Of a stretch of 64,000 bases of DNA, positions 41,136-52,966 are shown one piece after another. Source of the DNA: an uncultured Chloroflexia bacterium (GTDB lineage: Bacteria; Chloroflexota; Limnocylindria; Limnocylindrales; CSP1-4); NCBI GenBank assembly GCA_963768655.1, contig CAVYIM010000004.1:64001-128000 (forward strand). The letters are read 5' to 3'. Position numbers and translations under genes: made by a program. The notes beneath the pieces were generated by a model, which did no database searches, was not told where the DNA came from, and was given only the letters and a program-made list of their open reading frames with translations. The number at the start of each line of letters is the position of its first letter. The stretch's first letter is position 1.

Positions 41136-42862
41136 TGAGGAGCGCAAGAGTGACCGGAGGGGAGCCGAAAGAGCGGCCCATTCCCGCCACCCAGCACGCG
41201 ATCCAGATCGTCGACGCCGGCCGGACCGTCCACAACCGCGGGAAGGTTGTGCCGCGGCCCGGGCCGTACCAGGTCCTCGTTCGGATGGAGGCGTGCGGGA
41301 TCTGCTTCTCCGACACGAAGCTCCTCCACGCCTTCACGAGCCATCCCCGCAAGAGCGAGGTTCTCTCGGGACTCGACGCAACCGTGCTGGCCGAGATCCC
41401 GTCGTACGTGCCCGGCCGGCTGCCGACGGTCCCCGGCCACGAGCCCGTCGGACGCATCGTCGCCGTCGGCGATCGGGTGCGCCGCCATCGCGTCGGCGAA
41501 CGGTGCCTGATCCAGACCGACTACCGGCACCTTCCGACGGCGGCCGCGAACGCGGCCTTCGGCTACAACTTCGAAGGCGGGCTCCAGGAGTACGTCCTGC
41601 TCGACGAGCGGATGATCGTCGAGCCCGGGACCGATGAGCGGTTCCTCATCTCCGTCGGCGAGGAGCCGAGCGCATCGGCGGTTGCCCTGGTCGAGCCGTG
41701 GGCGTGCGTCGAAGCCTCGTACGTGTTCCGAGAGCGGCGCGGCCCGCTGCCGGGCGGCCGCCTGCTCGTCGTCGCGGACGCGGGCCACGAGATGGATGGA
41801 ATTGCGGCGCTGCTCGATCAGGCCCGGCCGGCGGTTCTGGCTGTGATGGCCGACGCTGCCGGAAGTCGAGCGCTGAACGCGGCCGGCCTCACTGTGACGA
41901 GCGTCCGCGATCTGGCGGCCGCTCCCCGCCAGGCGTTCGACGACGTTGTGTACTTCGGCGCCGATGCCGCCACGATCGAGGCGCTCCAGGACTGCCTCGC
42001 GTTCCGGGGCCTCATGAATGTCGTGACCGGTGGAGTCGCGATCGGCCGGCCGGTCGCGCTCGACGTCGGCCGCGTCCATTACGACCTCACCCGCTGGACG
42101 GGGACGACGGGCGCCTCGTCGACCGAGGGGTACGCGACCATCCCGGTCGACGGCGAGGTCCGCGCCGGGGATCGCATGGCCGTGATCGGGGCCGCCGGTC
42201 CGATGGGTCTCATGCACGTCGTCCGAGCCGCCTCGGCTGGCCTGCCCGGCCTTTCGATCGCCGCCATCGACATCGACGACGCCCGTCTGGCCAACCTCGA
42301 GCGGGCGGCCGGGCCGATCGCCCGATCGCGCGGGGTCGAGCTGACGGCGGTCAACTCCCAGACCGCCGAGGTCAATCCGGGATTCAGCTACGTCGCGCTG
42401 ATGGTGCCGGCGCCGGCGCTCGTGGGCCAGGCGCTCTCGCTCGCGGGCTCGGGCTGCCGGATCAACATCTTCGCCGGCTTCGCGACCGGGACCAGGGCGG
42501 CCATCGACTTCGACCGCTATCTCGAGCGGCGCTGCCACTTCCTCGGCACGAGCGGCTCGGGGATCCGTGACATGAAGGCAGTCCTCCGCAGGGTCGAGGC
42601 CGGCGAGCTCGACACGAACATCTCGCTCGACGCGGTGACCGGCTTCGAAGGAGTCGCCGATGCGCTGGCGGCTGTCGAGGGCCGAACCGCCGCGGGCAAG
42701 ATCATGGTCTATCCGTCTCTGCCGGACCTCGGGCTGGTGCGTCTCTCCGAGCTGGGCGAGCAATTCCCGAGCGTCGCCGCCGCGCTAGACGATGGCCGCT
42801 GGACGAAGGCGGCCGAGCAGGAGCTGCTGGCTCTGGCCGGCCGGTCCGGGGTGTCGTCGTGA
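41135..42862 (+). CDS. Extended MDR/Zn-type dehydrogenase, SorE (L-sorbose-1-phosphate reductase)-like
   Basis: CGICFSDTK, PGHE, GYNFEGGLQEY, LVEPWACV, GAAGPMG; 575 aa. Confidence 0.75.
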   Translation: MRSARVTGGEPKERPIPATQHAIQIVDAGRTVHNRGKVVPRPGPYQVLVRMEACGICFSDTKLLHAFTSHPRKSEVLSGLDATVLAEIPSYVPGRLPTVPGHEPVGRIVAVGDRVRRHRVGERCLIQTDYRHLPTAAANAAFGYNFEGGLQEYVLLDERMIVEPGTDERFLISVGEEPSASAVALVEPWACVEASYVFRERRGPLPGGRLLVVADAGHEMDGIAALLDQARPAVLAVMADAAGSRALNAAGLTVTSVRDLAAAPRQAFDDVVYFGADAATIEALQDCLAFRGLMNVVTGGVAIGRPVALDVGRVHYDLTRWTGTTGASSTEGYATIPVDGEVRAGDRMAVIGAAGPMGLMHVVRAASAGLPGLSIAAIDIDDARLANLERAAGPIARSRGVELTAVNSQTAEVNPGFSYVALMVPAPALVGQALSLAGSGCRINIFAGFATGTRAAIDFDRYLERRCHFLGTSGSGIRDMKAVLRRVEAGELDTNISLDAVTGFEGVADALAAVEGRTAAGKIMVYPSLPDLGLVRLSELGEQFPSVAAALDDGRWTKAAEQELLALAGRSGVSS

Positions 42863-43866
42863 AGTCGCTCCGGTTGTTCGGGCCCGGCGATCTGCGTCTC
42901 GTGGACGAGGCCGCGCCGCTACCCGGCCCGGGCGACGAGCTCGTTCGTGTGACCGCGGTCGGCATATGCGGCTCCGATCTCCACTGGTACGCGGAGTCTG
43001 GGATCGGCGACACGAAGCTCTCCCGGCCCACCGTCCTGGGTCACGAGGCCGCCGGCGTGATCGAGTCGGGTCCGCGCGCCGGTCAACGGGTCGCGATCGA
43101 TCCAGCCATTCCGTGCGAGACGTGCGAGCAATGTCGTGCCGGCCACACCCATCTCTGTCTCCGCCTGCGTTTCGCCGGCGACGGCACCACCGACGGCTTC
43201 CTGCGTGAGCTGGTGGCCTGGCCGGAGGCGAGCCTGGTTCCCGTGCCCGACAACCTGAGCGAGGCCGACGCCGCGATGCTCGAGCCGCTCGGCGTGGCGC
43301 TCCATGCGGTCAGGCTGGCCCAGATCCGGCCCGGGGAGCGGGTCGGCGTGTTCGGCTGCGGCCCGATCGGGCAATTCCTGATCCAGCTCGCCCGCGCATC
43401 CGGAGCCACGACGATCGTCGCCACGGACGTGCTGCCGCATCGCCTGGCGGCCGCCCGCGCGTCCGGCGCGACCGCCGCGGCTCTCGTGGCCGGCGGCTCG
43501 GAGCGTGTGGAGCTCCGCGCGGCGACCGGCGGGCACGGGGTGGACGTCGCCTTCGAGGCTGCCGGCGTAGACGATTCGGTCGAGACCTCCGTCGCCCTCG
43601 CGGCGCCGGGCGGCACGGTCGTCGTCGTCGGCATTCCCTCCGGAGATCACACCACCTTCACGGCCTCCACGGCTCGCCGCAAGGGTCTCACCATCAAGCT
43701 GTCGCGCCGCATGAACCGGGTCTACCCGGAGGCCATCCGTCTCGTCGAGGCAGGGCTGGTCGACGTTCGATCGGTCGTGACCGCGAGTCACCCTTTAGGC
43801 GAGTACAGGACCGCGTTCGCGGGCGCCGCCGGGCGGGACGGCTTGAAGGTCGTCATCCGGCCGTAG
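42859..43866 (+). CDS. Zn-dependent polyol (sorbitol/iditol-type) dehydrogenase
   Basis: GICGSDLH, GHE, CETCEQC...C, EPLGVA, GCGPIG. Confidence 0.88.
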   Translation: MKSLRLFGPGDLRLVDEAAPLPGPGDELVRVTAVGICGSDLHWYAESGIGDTKLSRPTVLGHEAAGVIESGPRAGQRVAIDPAIPCETCEQCRAGHTHLCLRLRFAGDGTTDGFLRELVAWPEASLVPVPDNLSEADAAMLEPLGVALHAVRLAQIRPGERVGVFGCGPIGQFLIQLARASGATTIVATDVLPHRLAAARASGATAAALVAGGSERVELRAATGGHGVDVAFEAAGVDDSVETSVALAAPGGTVVVVGIPSGDHTTFTASTARRKGLTIKLSRRMNRVYPEAIRLVEAGLVDVRSVVTASHPLGEYRTAFAGAAGRDGLKVVIRP

Positions 43867-43911
43867 AGCGCCTCTTCGCGCCGCCTTCGGGCACCAAGTT
43901 CCGGATCGGGT

Positions 43912-45659
<1,748 letters not shown>

Positions 45660-46025
45660 CCGCCGCGACCGTCGTCTGCGCGAACGTTTCGGCCTCGACG
45701 TGCGTCCTTATGAGTGGAGAACGACCGTATCGCACGCGGAGCGCATGAGGTCGACCGGCTCGGGGGCGCGAGAGCCGGTTGAGGCGGCGACCTCACCGCT
45801 GCTCGCCCCAACCTCGATCGAGCCACGGCGTCTCCGCCCGGCGGCTGGCCCCGCGCCCATCGGCGGCGCGCCTCGCGCCCATCGGCGGCGCGCTTCGCGC
45901 ATCCTCCCGCACCGCCTGGACCTCCCCGCCGCGGTGATACGATCCCTGCTGCGTCGACCTTGCGCGAGGGCTCCGCGTCGGCCGGGATCCCGCAGGTCAG
46001 CCGACTTGACACTGGGAGCTGCTCG

Positions 46026-46949
46026 ATGACCTCGGCCGGTGCCTCCGGGACAGGAGCCGTCGGCGCTCATGGCCGCCTGGACTCCATTCCCCCGGAACTC
46101 TTGATCCTGACGGGGACCCTGTCCGTTCAGTGCGGTGGCGGACTCGCTTCGAACCTGATCCGTGAATACGGGCCCCTGCCCGTGGTCACGATGCGGATCC
46201 TGTTCGGCGCCGTAATGCTCGTCGCCTTCCAGCGGGCCCATGTGCGCGGCACGCCACGCTCTGCGCTGCTGAGTTGCCTGGCGCTCGGGCTCATCCTCGC
46301 GGCGATGAACTCACTCTTCTACGTCGGCCTGTCGAGGATCCCGCTCGGAGTTGCCGTCACCATCGAGTTCTGGGGCCCGCTGACCGTCGCCGTCATCGGC
46401 TCGCGCCGATGGCTCGACCTCGTCTGGGTCGCGATGGCGGCGGCGGGCATATACATCCTCGCCGGCGGTCGTCTGGAGGCGGACGATCTGGTTGGCGTGG
46501 TCGCCGTATTCGGAGCCGGCTTCTGCTGGGCGATGTACATCGGAATCGGCGGCCGTGTGGCCCGGGAATGGCCCGACGGCCGCGGCCTGACCCTAGCGAT
46601 GCTCGTGGCCTCGGCGTTGATCCTGCCGGTGGCTGTGGGTCTCTCTGATCTCCGGCCGGTGCTGGTGGCGCCCCTGGCTCTCGCCGGCGGCGTGGTCATC
46701 GCTCTGTTCAGCAGCGTGATCCCGTACACGGCCGAGATTGCCGCGCTGCGGCGCCTTCCCGCGGCGACTTTCGGCGTGCTCATGAGCCTGGAGCCCGCGA
46801 TCGCGGCTGCGGTCGGCTTCATCCTGCTCGGGCAGGTTCTGGCTCCGCCGGACCTGCTGGCGATCGCGCTGGTGGCGCTGGCGAGCGCCGGCGCCAGCGT
46901 CTCGGCCCGGCGCCTGGCCACCGCGCCGGGCGAGCTCGAGTCGGCGTAG
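46026..46949 (+). CDS. EamA family exporter, RhtA-like
   Basis: SVQCGG, MNSLFY...RIPLGVAVTIEFWGPL, SSVIPY, FGVLMSLEPA. Confidence 0.88.
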   Translation: MTSAGASGTGAVGAHGRLDSIPPELLILTGTLSVQCGGGLASNLIREYGPLPVVTMRILFGAVMLVAFQRAHVRGTPRSALLSCLALGLILAAMNSLFYVGLSRIPLGVAVTIEFWGPLTVAVIGSRRWLDLVWVAMAAAGIYILAGGRLEADDLVGVVAVFGAGFCWAMYIGIGGRVAREWPDGRGLTLAMLVASALILPVAVGLSDLRPVLVAPLALAGGVVIALFSSVIPYTAEIAALRRLPAATFGVLMSLEPAIAAAVGFILLGQVLAPPDLLAIALVALASAGASVSARRLATAPGELESA

Positions 46950-47207
46950 AGCTCAGACGAGGGCGAGGAAGCCCTCGCCGGGGCCCTGGCTCCATGCCGG
47001 GGCACCAATGCCGCGTCCAACACTCTCACCAGGCGTAGGTGACGGATCTGGACGGGTTCGGGACTCGGCTGATTGGGAGCGACGGTTGCGGCGGCAGAGG
47101 CAGCCGACGGACTCAGCGGCCGCCGCGCGGCCGGGTATCCCGGGACGAGCGAGCGCACAGAGGCGAGCTCTCGGCCGCTGACAGATCCCCCTGCGCCGCG
47201 GCCCGTT

Positions 47208-48953
47208 CTACCGCCGGTAGGTCGCGCGAGGCCGGTAGCTGGTGTGGAGCAGTTCCTCGGACTTCTCGCCGAGCGGCTCGCCCAGGAAGTCCTCGTACAG
47301 TTTCTGGATGTACGGGTTCTCGTGGGCGCAGCGCCACAGGCCGGACTGGTCGTCCTGGTAGAGCCCCGCGGCCCGCTTGGCCCGCAGGTTGTCCGTGACG
47401 CCGTACGGCTGGCCGCCGCCGCCGACGCAGCCGCCGGGGCAGGCCATGACTTCGATGAAGTGATAGGGCGGCTCGGTGCCAGCGTCGCGCGCCTGGCGCA
47501 CCTTCGTCAGCACAGTCTCGACGTTGCCCAGGCCGTGGGCTACGGCGAACCGCACCTCTTGCCCCGCAATGTCGACCTTGCCCTCCTTGACACCGTCCAG
47601 GCCGCGCGTCTTGAGGAACTCGAGGCGGGCCGGGTTCTCGCCGGTCATCAGGTAGTAGGAGGTCCGCAGTGCGGCTTCCATCACGCCGCCCGTCGCGCCG
47701 AAGATCGTCCCGGCGCCCGTGTAGGCACCCAGCAGATGATCGGGCTGCTCCTCGGCGAGGGCGCGGAAGTTGATGCCCGACTGTTTGATCATGCGAGCCA
47801 GCTCGCGGGTGGTCAGCGAGACGTCGACGTCCCAGAACCCCGACGAATGCATCTCCTTGGATCGAATGATCTCGAACTTCTTGGCCGTGCAGGGCATGAC
47901 CGAGACGACGTACACCCTGGCGGGGTCGAGCCCCATCTTCTCCGCGTAGTAGGTCTTCGCCAGGGCGCCGACCATCGCCTGCGGGGACTTGCAGGACGAG
48001 AAGTGGGGGATCATGTCGTCGTGGAACTTCTCCATGAAGTCCACCCACGACGGGCAGCACGTCGTGATCAGCGGCAGGACGGCTTTCGCGGTGGTGAAGC
48101 GCCCGACGAACTCGTGGGCCTCTTCCATGACCGTCAGGTCGGCCCCGAAGTTCGTGTCGAAGACGGCCTTGAAGCCCATCCGCCGGAGGGCGGCGTAGGT
48201 CTTGCCGGTGAGGTTCGTCCCGACCGGGAAGCCGAAGGCCTCGCCGATGGCGACTCGGACGGCCGGCGCCAGCTGTGCGACGCAGAAGGCGTCCGGGTCC
48301 AGGAGCTTGTCCCACACGTCCTGGGTCTCGTCGTACTCGACGATGGCGCCGGTCGGGCAGTGGGCCGAGCACTGGCCGCAGCGGACGCACGGTGAGTCGG
48401 CCAGGCTGATGTCGCCGGCGGCGGCGATGCGGGTGTCGATGCCGCGCTGGAGGAAGCTGAGCGCCCACACGTCCTGGATCTGCTGGCAGACCTGGATGCA
48501 GCGGCCGCAGGTTATGCACTTGCGCGGGTCCAGAGTGATGGCGCGGGTCGAGTTGTCGATCGGCAGGTCGGGAACGATGCTGTCCAGGCAGATCTCGCGC
48601 AGGCCGAAGTCGGCGGCGATCGTCTGCAGCTCGCAGTTCTGGTTCCGGCCGCAGGTCAGGCACTCGTTGGGGTGGCGCGACAGGATCATCTCCACTACGG
48701 TGCGGCGGACCTGGATGATCTCCGGGTCTTCCGTGGTGATCTCCATGTCCGGCTCGACCGGCGTGCAGCAGGCGCGCAGCATCTTGTTCGAGCCGGCGAC
48801 GCGGACGATGCAGATGCCGCAGGCGGCCGTGGCCTCGAGGTCGGGGTGCTTGCACAGGGTCGGGATGTGGACGGAAACCTGGCGCGCCGCGTCGAGGATG
48901 GTGGCGCCCGGTGCGACCTCGACCGGCAGGTTGTTGATCGTGGCTTGGATCAT
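47208..48953 (-). CDS. hydA: [FeFe]-hydrogenase catalytic subunit (group A)
   Basis: H-cluster motifs TTCCPSW, MPCTAKKFE, EVMACPGGCVGGGGQP; N-terminal [2Fe-2S], HxxxCxxC [4Fe-4S] and 2x[4Fe-4S]. Confidence 0.95.
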   Translation of the reverse strand: MIQATINNLPVEVAPGATILDAARQVSVHIPTLCKHPDLEATAACGICIVRVAGSNKMLRACCTPVEPDMEITTEDPEIIQVRRTVVEMILSRHPNECLTCGRNQNCELQTIAADFGLREICLDSIVPDLPIDNSTRAITLDPRKCITCGRCIQVCQQIQDVWALSFLQRGIDTRIAAAGDISLADSPCVRCGQCSAHCPTGAIVEYDETQDVWDKLLDPDAFCVAQLAPAVRVAIGEAFGFPVGTNLTGKTYAALRRMGFKAVFDTNFGADLTVMEEAHEFVGRFTTAKAVLPLITTCCPSWVDFMEKFHDDMIPHFSSCKSPQAMVGALAKTYYAEKMGLDPARVYVVSVMPCTAKKFEIIRSKEMHSSGFWDVDVSLTTRELARMIKQSGINFRALAEEQPDHLLGAYTGAGTIFGATGGVMEAALRTSYYLMTGENPARLEFLKTRGLDGVKEGKVDIAGQEVRFAVAHGLGNVETVLTKVRQARDAGTEPPYHFIEVMACPGGCVGGGGQPYGVTDNLRAKRAAGLYQDDQSGLWRCAHENPYIQKLYEDFLGEPLGEKSEELLHTSYRPRATYRR

Positions 48954-48976
48954 CTCGGTCACGGCTGGCACCCGGC

Positions 48977-50629
48977 TCAGTTGCTGCCCGAGGTCAGCCG
49001 ACCCCGGAATTCGGGTTCGAAGTAGCGCAAGGCTGAAAGGACCGGGTTGGGAGCACCCTGCCCGAGCCCGCACAGCGAGGCCTTCTGCATGGCGTGGGCC
49101 AGCCGCCGGATCGTGGCGATGTCCCCCTCGCTGCCCTTGCCGGCCGCGATCCTGTCGAGCAACCGCAGCATCTGCGTGCCGCCGATGCGGCATGGGGCGC
49201 ACTTGCCGCACGACTCATCGACGCAGAAGCCCAGGTAGAACCGGGACAGCTCGACGAGATCGTCCGTCTCGTCCATCACGATCATGCCGCCGGAGCCCAT
49301 GTACGAGCCGAGCTTCTGGAGGTGCTCGTAGGTGATCGGCGTGTCCAGCTCTCTGGCGGGGATGAGCCCGCCCGATGGTCCGCCCGTCTGCACCGCCTTG
49401 ATGGGGCTGCCCGTAGCCGAGCCGCCGCAGATACCCTCCACGACTTCTCGAAGGGTCATGCCCATCGGAATCTCGACCAGGCCGGCGTGCTTGACCTTGC
49501 CCGTCACCGCGAACACCTTCGTCCCGGTGGACTTGCCCATGCCAATTCCGGAGAACCACTCACCACCGCGAAGGATGATCTGGGTCAGGTTGGCCAGGGA
49601 CTCGACGTTGTTGATCATCGTCGGCTGGCCCCACAGGCCCTTGACCGACGGGTAGGGCGGGCGAGGCGACGGAGTGCCGCGCTTGCCCTCCACGGATGCG
49701 ATCAAGGCCGTCTCCTCGCCGCACACGAAGGCTCCGGCGCCGAGTCTGATCTCGACGTTGAAGCTGAAGTCTGTGCCGAGGATGTTGTTGCCCAGCAGGC
49801 CGGCGGCGCGAGCCTGACGAAGCGCCCTCTCGATGCGCTGGATGGCCAGCGGGTACTCGGCCCGGATGTAGAAGAAGCCACTCTTGGCTCCGATCACGTA
49901 GCCGCCGATGATCATCCCCTCGAGGACTGCGTGAGGGTCGCCCTCGAGAACGCTGCGGTCCATGTACGCGCCCGGGTCGCCCTCATCGCCGTTGCAGACG
50001 ATGAGGTGCTCCTCGCCCTCCGACTCGCGGGTCAGGCTCCACTTCAGCCAGGCTGGGAAGCCGGCCCCGCCGCGTCCGCGCAGGCCGGCGACCTTCAGCT
50101 CCTCGATGACCTGCTCGGGCGTCATCGTCGAGAGGACCTTGGCCAGGGCCTGGTAGCCGCCTCGATCGAGGTACTCGTCGATCTCCTCCGGATCGATCAC
50201 GCCGCAGTTGCGCATGACGATGCGGTACTGTCGCGGCCCGCCTTCGGTGGCCACCGGCTCGCCGGCGATGCGAGCCAGGTCGGCGATGCCGGGGACCCGA
50301 TTCTCCGCCGGCAGTGGCTTGCCTTCGGCGCAGGCCGCCGCGAGCCGGCCGGCGAATTCGGGCGACACGTCGCCGAACATCACGGGGGCCTGGCCCGGCA
50401 GCGTGACCTCGACGAGCGGCTCCATGCTGCACATCCCGGCGCAGCCGGTGCGGGCGACTTGCCACTCGACCGATCTACGTTTGAGCTCGGCCTCGAGGGC
50501 GGCGAAGATAGGTTCGGCGCCGGCGGCAATACCGCACGTGCTCATCCCGACCTTGATCTTCGGATGGCTCAGAGTTCGGGCGTCGGCGGGCGCGCGGGCT
50601 TCCAGATCGGCGACGGTCAGGCGTGGCAT
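48977..50629 (-). CDS. hydB: [FeFe]-hydrogenase NADH/FMN-binding subunit (NuoF-like)
   Basis: GLRGRGGAGFP, NGDEGDPGAYMDR, GAFVCGEETAL, GGPSGG, ESCGKCAPCRIG...SLCGLG. Confidence 0.92.
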   Translation of the reverse strand: MPRLTVADLEARAPADARTLSHPKIKVGMSTCGIAAGAEPIFAALEAELKRRSVEWQVARTGCAGMCSMEPLVEVTLPGQAPVMFGDVSPEFAGRLAAACAEGKPLPAENRVPGIADLARIAGEPVATEGGPRQYRIVMRNCGVIDPEEIDEYLDRGGYQALAKVLSTMTPEQVIEELKVAGLRGRGGAGFPAWLKWSLTRESEGEEHLIVCNGDEGDPGAYMDRSVLEGDPHAVLEGMIIGGYVIGAKSGFFYIRAEYPLAIQRIERALRQARAAGLLGNNILGTDFSFNVEIRLGAGAFVCGEETALIASVEGKRGTPSPRPPYPSVKGLWGQPTMINNVESLANLTQIILRGGEWFSGIGMGKSTGTKVFAVTGKVKHAGLVEIPMGMTLREVVEGICGGSATGSPIKAVQTGGPSGGLIPARELDTPITYEHLQKLGSYMGSGGMIVMDETDDLVELSRFYLGFCVDESCGKCAPCRIGGTQMLRLLDRIAAGKGSEGDIATIRRLAHAMQKASLCGLGQGAPNPVLSALRYFEPEFRGRLTSGSN

Positions 50630-50630
50630 G

Positions 50631-51185
50631 TCACGCTTTCCCGTCTTCGGCCGTGGTGGGCGTCAGCAGGTGAGCCTCGAGGGACTCGCCCGTCACCTTG
50701 GCAAGCAGCTTCTCGTTCACCGTCACGACCGGCGCCAGGCCGCAGCACCCCACGCACCGGACGATCTGCAGGTGGAACTCGCCGTCGGCGGTGGTCTCTC
50801 CGGGTTTGATGCCCAGCTCCTCCGAGGCCCTGGCGAGAAGCTGGGGCGCGCCCTTGAGGTAGCAGGCCGTGCCCATGCACACCGAGACGACGTGCTTGCC
50901 GGGCGACTTCAGCCGGAAGTAGTTGTAGAAGGTCAGGACCTCGTAGATGCGCGCCAGCGGCACGTCCATCTGTTCGCCGAGGCTCATCGCGGCTTCGCGC
51001 GGCACGTAACCGTACCTGTCCTGGAGCCCGTGAAGGGCCATGATCAGGCTGCCGCGCTTGTTCTTCCAGCGTTTGGCGATTGCCGCAACGTCGTCTTCGG
51101 TCTTGGTTGGGCTCAAGTCGGTCTCCGCCTTGGTGCTCGTGGAGCAGTCTCGTTCGGTGCGCGCGGCAGCGGGGGTGTTGTCCAC
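50631..51185 (-). CDS. hydC: [FeFe]-hydrogenase [2Fe-2S] subunit (NuoE-like); start approximate
   Basis: LHGLQDRYGYVP, TFYNYF, VCMGTACYLKG, CVGCCGLAP. Confidence 0.9.
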   Translation of the reverse strand: MDNTPAAARTERDCSTSTKAETDLSPTKTEDDVAAIAKRWKNKRGSLIMALHGLQDRYGYVPREAAMSLGEQMDVPLARIYEVLTFYNYFRLKSPGKHVVSVCMGTACYLKGAPQLLARASEELGIKPGETTADGEFHLQIVRCVGCCGLAPVVTVNEKLLAKVTGESLEAHLLTPTTAEDGKA

Positions 51186-51394
51186 GACGCTACGCCCTGG
51201 GCGCAAGCGCCGCTCAGGGCCGTTGTTCGTGTTGTCGCCGGGCCGGGTCGGTCGCAACGGCACCCCCAGACCTTGCGAGAGGGTGCCGGATGACGGTCCG
51301 AAGGCTCGGGCCCAGTCCGAAGCCGCCACGAGGCCCACACGAATCCACAACGCGCTCGCAACGCGCACGGAGCGACAGCCCGGAACGAAGCCGA

Positions 51395-51423
51395 TTGACG
51401 CCATTCGCCGGGCCGGGTATTCT
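51395..51423 (+). promoter_or_regulatory. Sigma70-like promoter of rho
   Basis: TTGACG-17 bp-TATTCT. Confidence 0.65.
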
Positions 51424-51509
51424 GCGCGTCGCCCCGACCGTGCACCCGCTGCGGAATGATTCCGCGCGAACAGCTTGCACGGCACCTTCCCCAAATGAGC
51501 TTTGCACTC

Positions 51510-52874
51510 ATGCCTGTCAACGGTCCCGACCAACGCTCCCGCAATCGCCGACCCAGGCGCCGTCCTGCCGGCCGGACGCCTATGGGTGACTACGACGACT
51601 ACCAGGAAAGCGATACTCGCGAGCTCGATATAACCGAACTCAGCGAGATGAACGTCAACGAGCTCCAGAACATCGGCCACGATCTCGAGATGGATGCCGG
51701 GGCCGGCGGCAAGGAAGAGCTCGTCGACCGCATCCTGGTCCGGCAGAGCGAGCTGGCCGGCCACGCCTATGCGACCGGGATTCTCGACGTCGTCGACGAG
51801 GGCTTCGGCTTCATGCGCCGCCACGGCTTGATGCCGAGCCAGGACGACGTCTACGTCTCGTCCAGCCAGATCCGCCGCTTCGGGCTGCGAGTCGGAGACC
51901 GCATCAGCGGCTCCGTCCGCGCCCCTCGCGAGGGTGAGAAGTACTGGGGCATGATCCGAGTCGACCGCGTAAATGGCATCGATCCCGAGACGGCCAAGCG
52001 CCGACCCCAATTCGCGGATCTGACGCCGGTTCACCCCGACGTCCTGATCAACCTCGAAACCGATCCCAAGAACCTGAGCCAGCGCCTGATCAACCTGGTC
52101 AACCCCATCGGCAAGGGCCAGCGCGCGCTCATCGTCAGCCCGCCCAAGGCCGGCAAGACGATGCTGCTTAAGCACATCGCCAACGGCATCAGCACGAACT
52201 ACCCGGACATCCTCCTGATGGTCGCGCTCATCGGCGAGCGGCCGGAGGAAGTCACCGACATGCGCCGCTCGGTCAAGGGCGAGGTCATCAGCTCGACGTT
52301 CGACGAGCCGACCGAGAACCACACCCACGTCGCCGAGATGGCCCTGGAGATCGCCAAGCGGCAGGTGGAAACCGGCCGCGACGTCGTCATCCTGCTCGAC
52401 TCGATCACCCGCCTCGCGCGCGCATACAACCTGGCCCTGCCGCCGTCCGGTCGAACGCTTTCGGGCGGCCTCGATCCGATCGCCCTCTATCCGCCCAAGC
52501 GTTTCTTCGGCGCCGCCCGGAACATCGAGGAGGGCGGCTCGCTGACGATCATCGGCACGTGCCTGGTCGACACCGGCTCGCGCATGGACGACGTCATCTA
52601 CGAGGAGTTCAAGGGCACCGGCAACAGCGAGCTGATCCTCGATCGCAAGCTGGCCGAGAAGCGCATCTTCCCGGCGATCGACGTCCAGCGCTCCGGCACC
52701 CGCCGCGAGGAGCTGCTCCTCGAGGAGCCGGTTCTCAAGATGGTCTGGACGATGCGCCGAATGCTCTCCGCCGTCGGTACCAACGAGGGCATCGAGCTCC
52801 TGCTCAATCGTTTGTCCAAGACGGACAGCAACGTCTCGTTCCTGGCGACCCTGACCAAGAGTCTCGACGCCTGA
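51510..52874 (+). CDS. rho: Transcription termination factor Rho (start uncertain)
   Basis: [56 protein letters not shown]. Confidence 0.97.
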   Translation: MPVNGPDQRSRNRRPRRRPAGRTPMGDYDDYQESDTRELDITELSEMNVNELQNIGHDLEMDAGAGGKEELVDRILVRQSELAGHAYATGILDVVDEGFGFMRRHGLMPSQDDVYVSSSQIRRFGLRVGDRISGSVRAPREGEKYWGMIRVDRVNGIDPETAKRRPQFADLTPVHPDVLINLETDPKNLSQRLINLVNPIGKGQRALIVSPPKAGKTMLLKHIANGISTNYPDILLMVALIGERPEEVTDMRRSVKGEVISSTFDEPTENHTHVAEMALEIAKRQVETGRDVVILLDSITRLARAYNLALPPSGRTLSGGLDPIALYPPKRFFGAARNIEEGGSLTIIGTCLVDTGSRMDDVIYEEFKGTGNSELILDRKLAEKRIFPAIDVQRSGTRREELLLEEPVLKMVWTMRRMLSAVGTNEGIELLLNRLSKTDSNVSFLATLTKSLDA

Positions 52875-52966
52875 CCTGACGGGACCGTCGCTCGGGTGAA
52901 GGCCACGCGGCGAAAGGCCCTTCGATTGCGGGCTTCTGCCCTCTCTGATACGGTTGCGCCCGGCCG

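Noticed and set aside
48977-51185. Respiratory complex I nuoEF
   Set aside because: Followed by a subunit with all three H-cluster motifs and no other nuo genes, so hydrogenase subunits
50631-52328. 565-aa ORF as a large NuoE fusion
   Set aside because: Upstream part is antisense to rho and crosses its promoter; only the last ~185 aa are HydC
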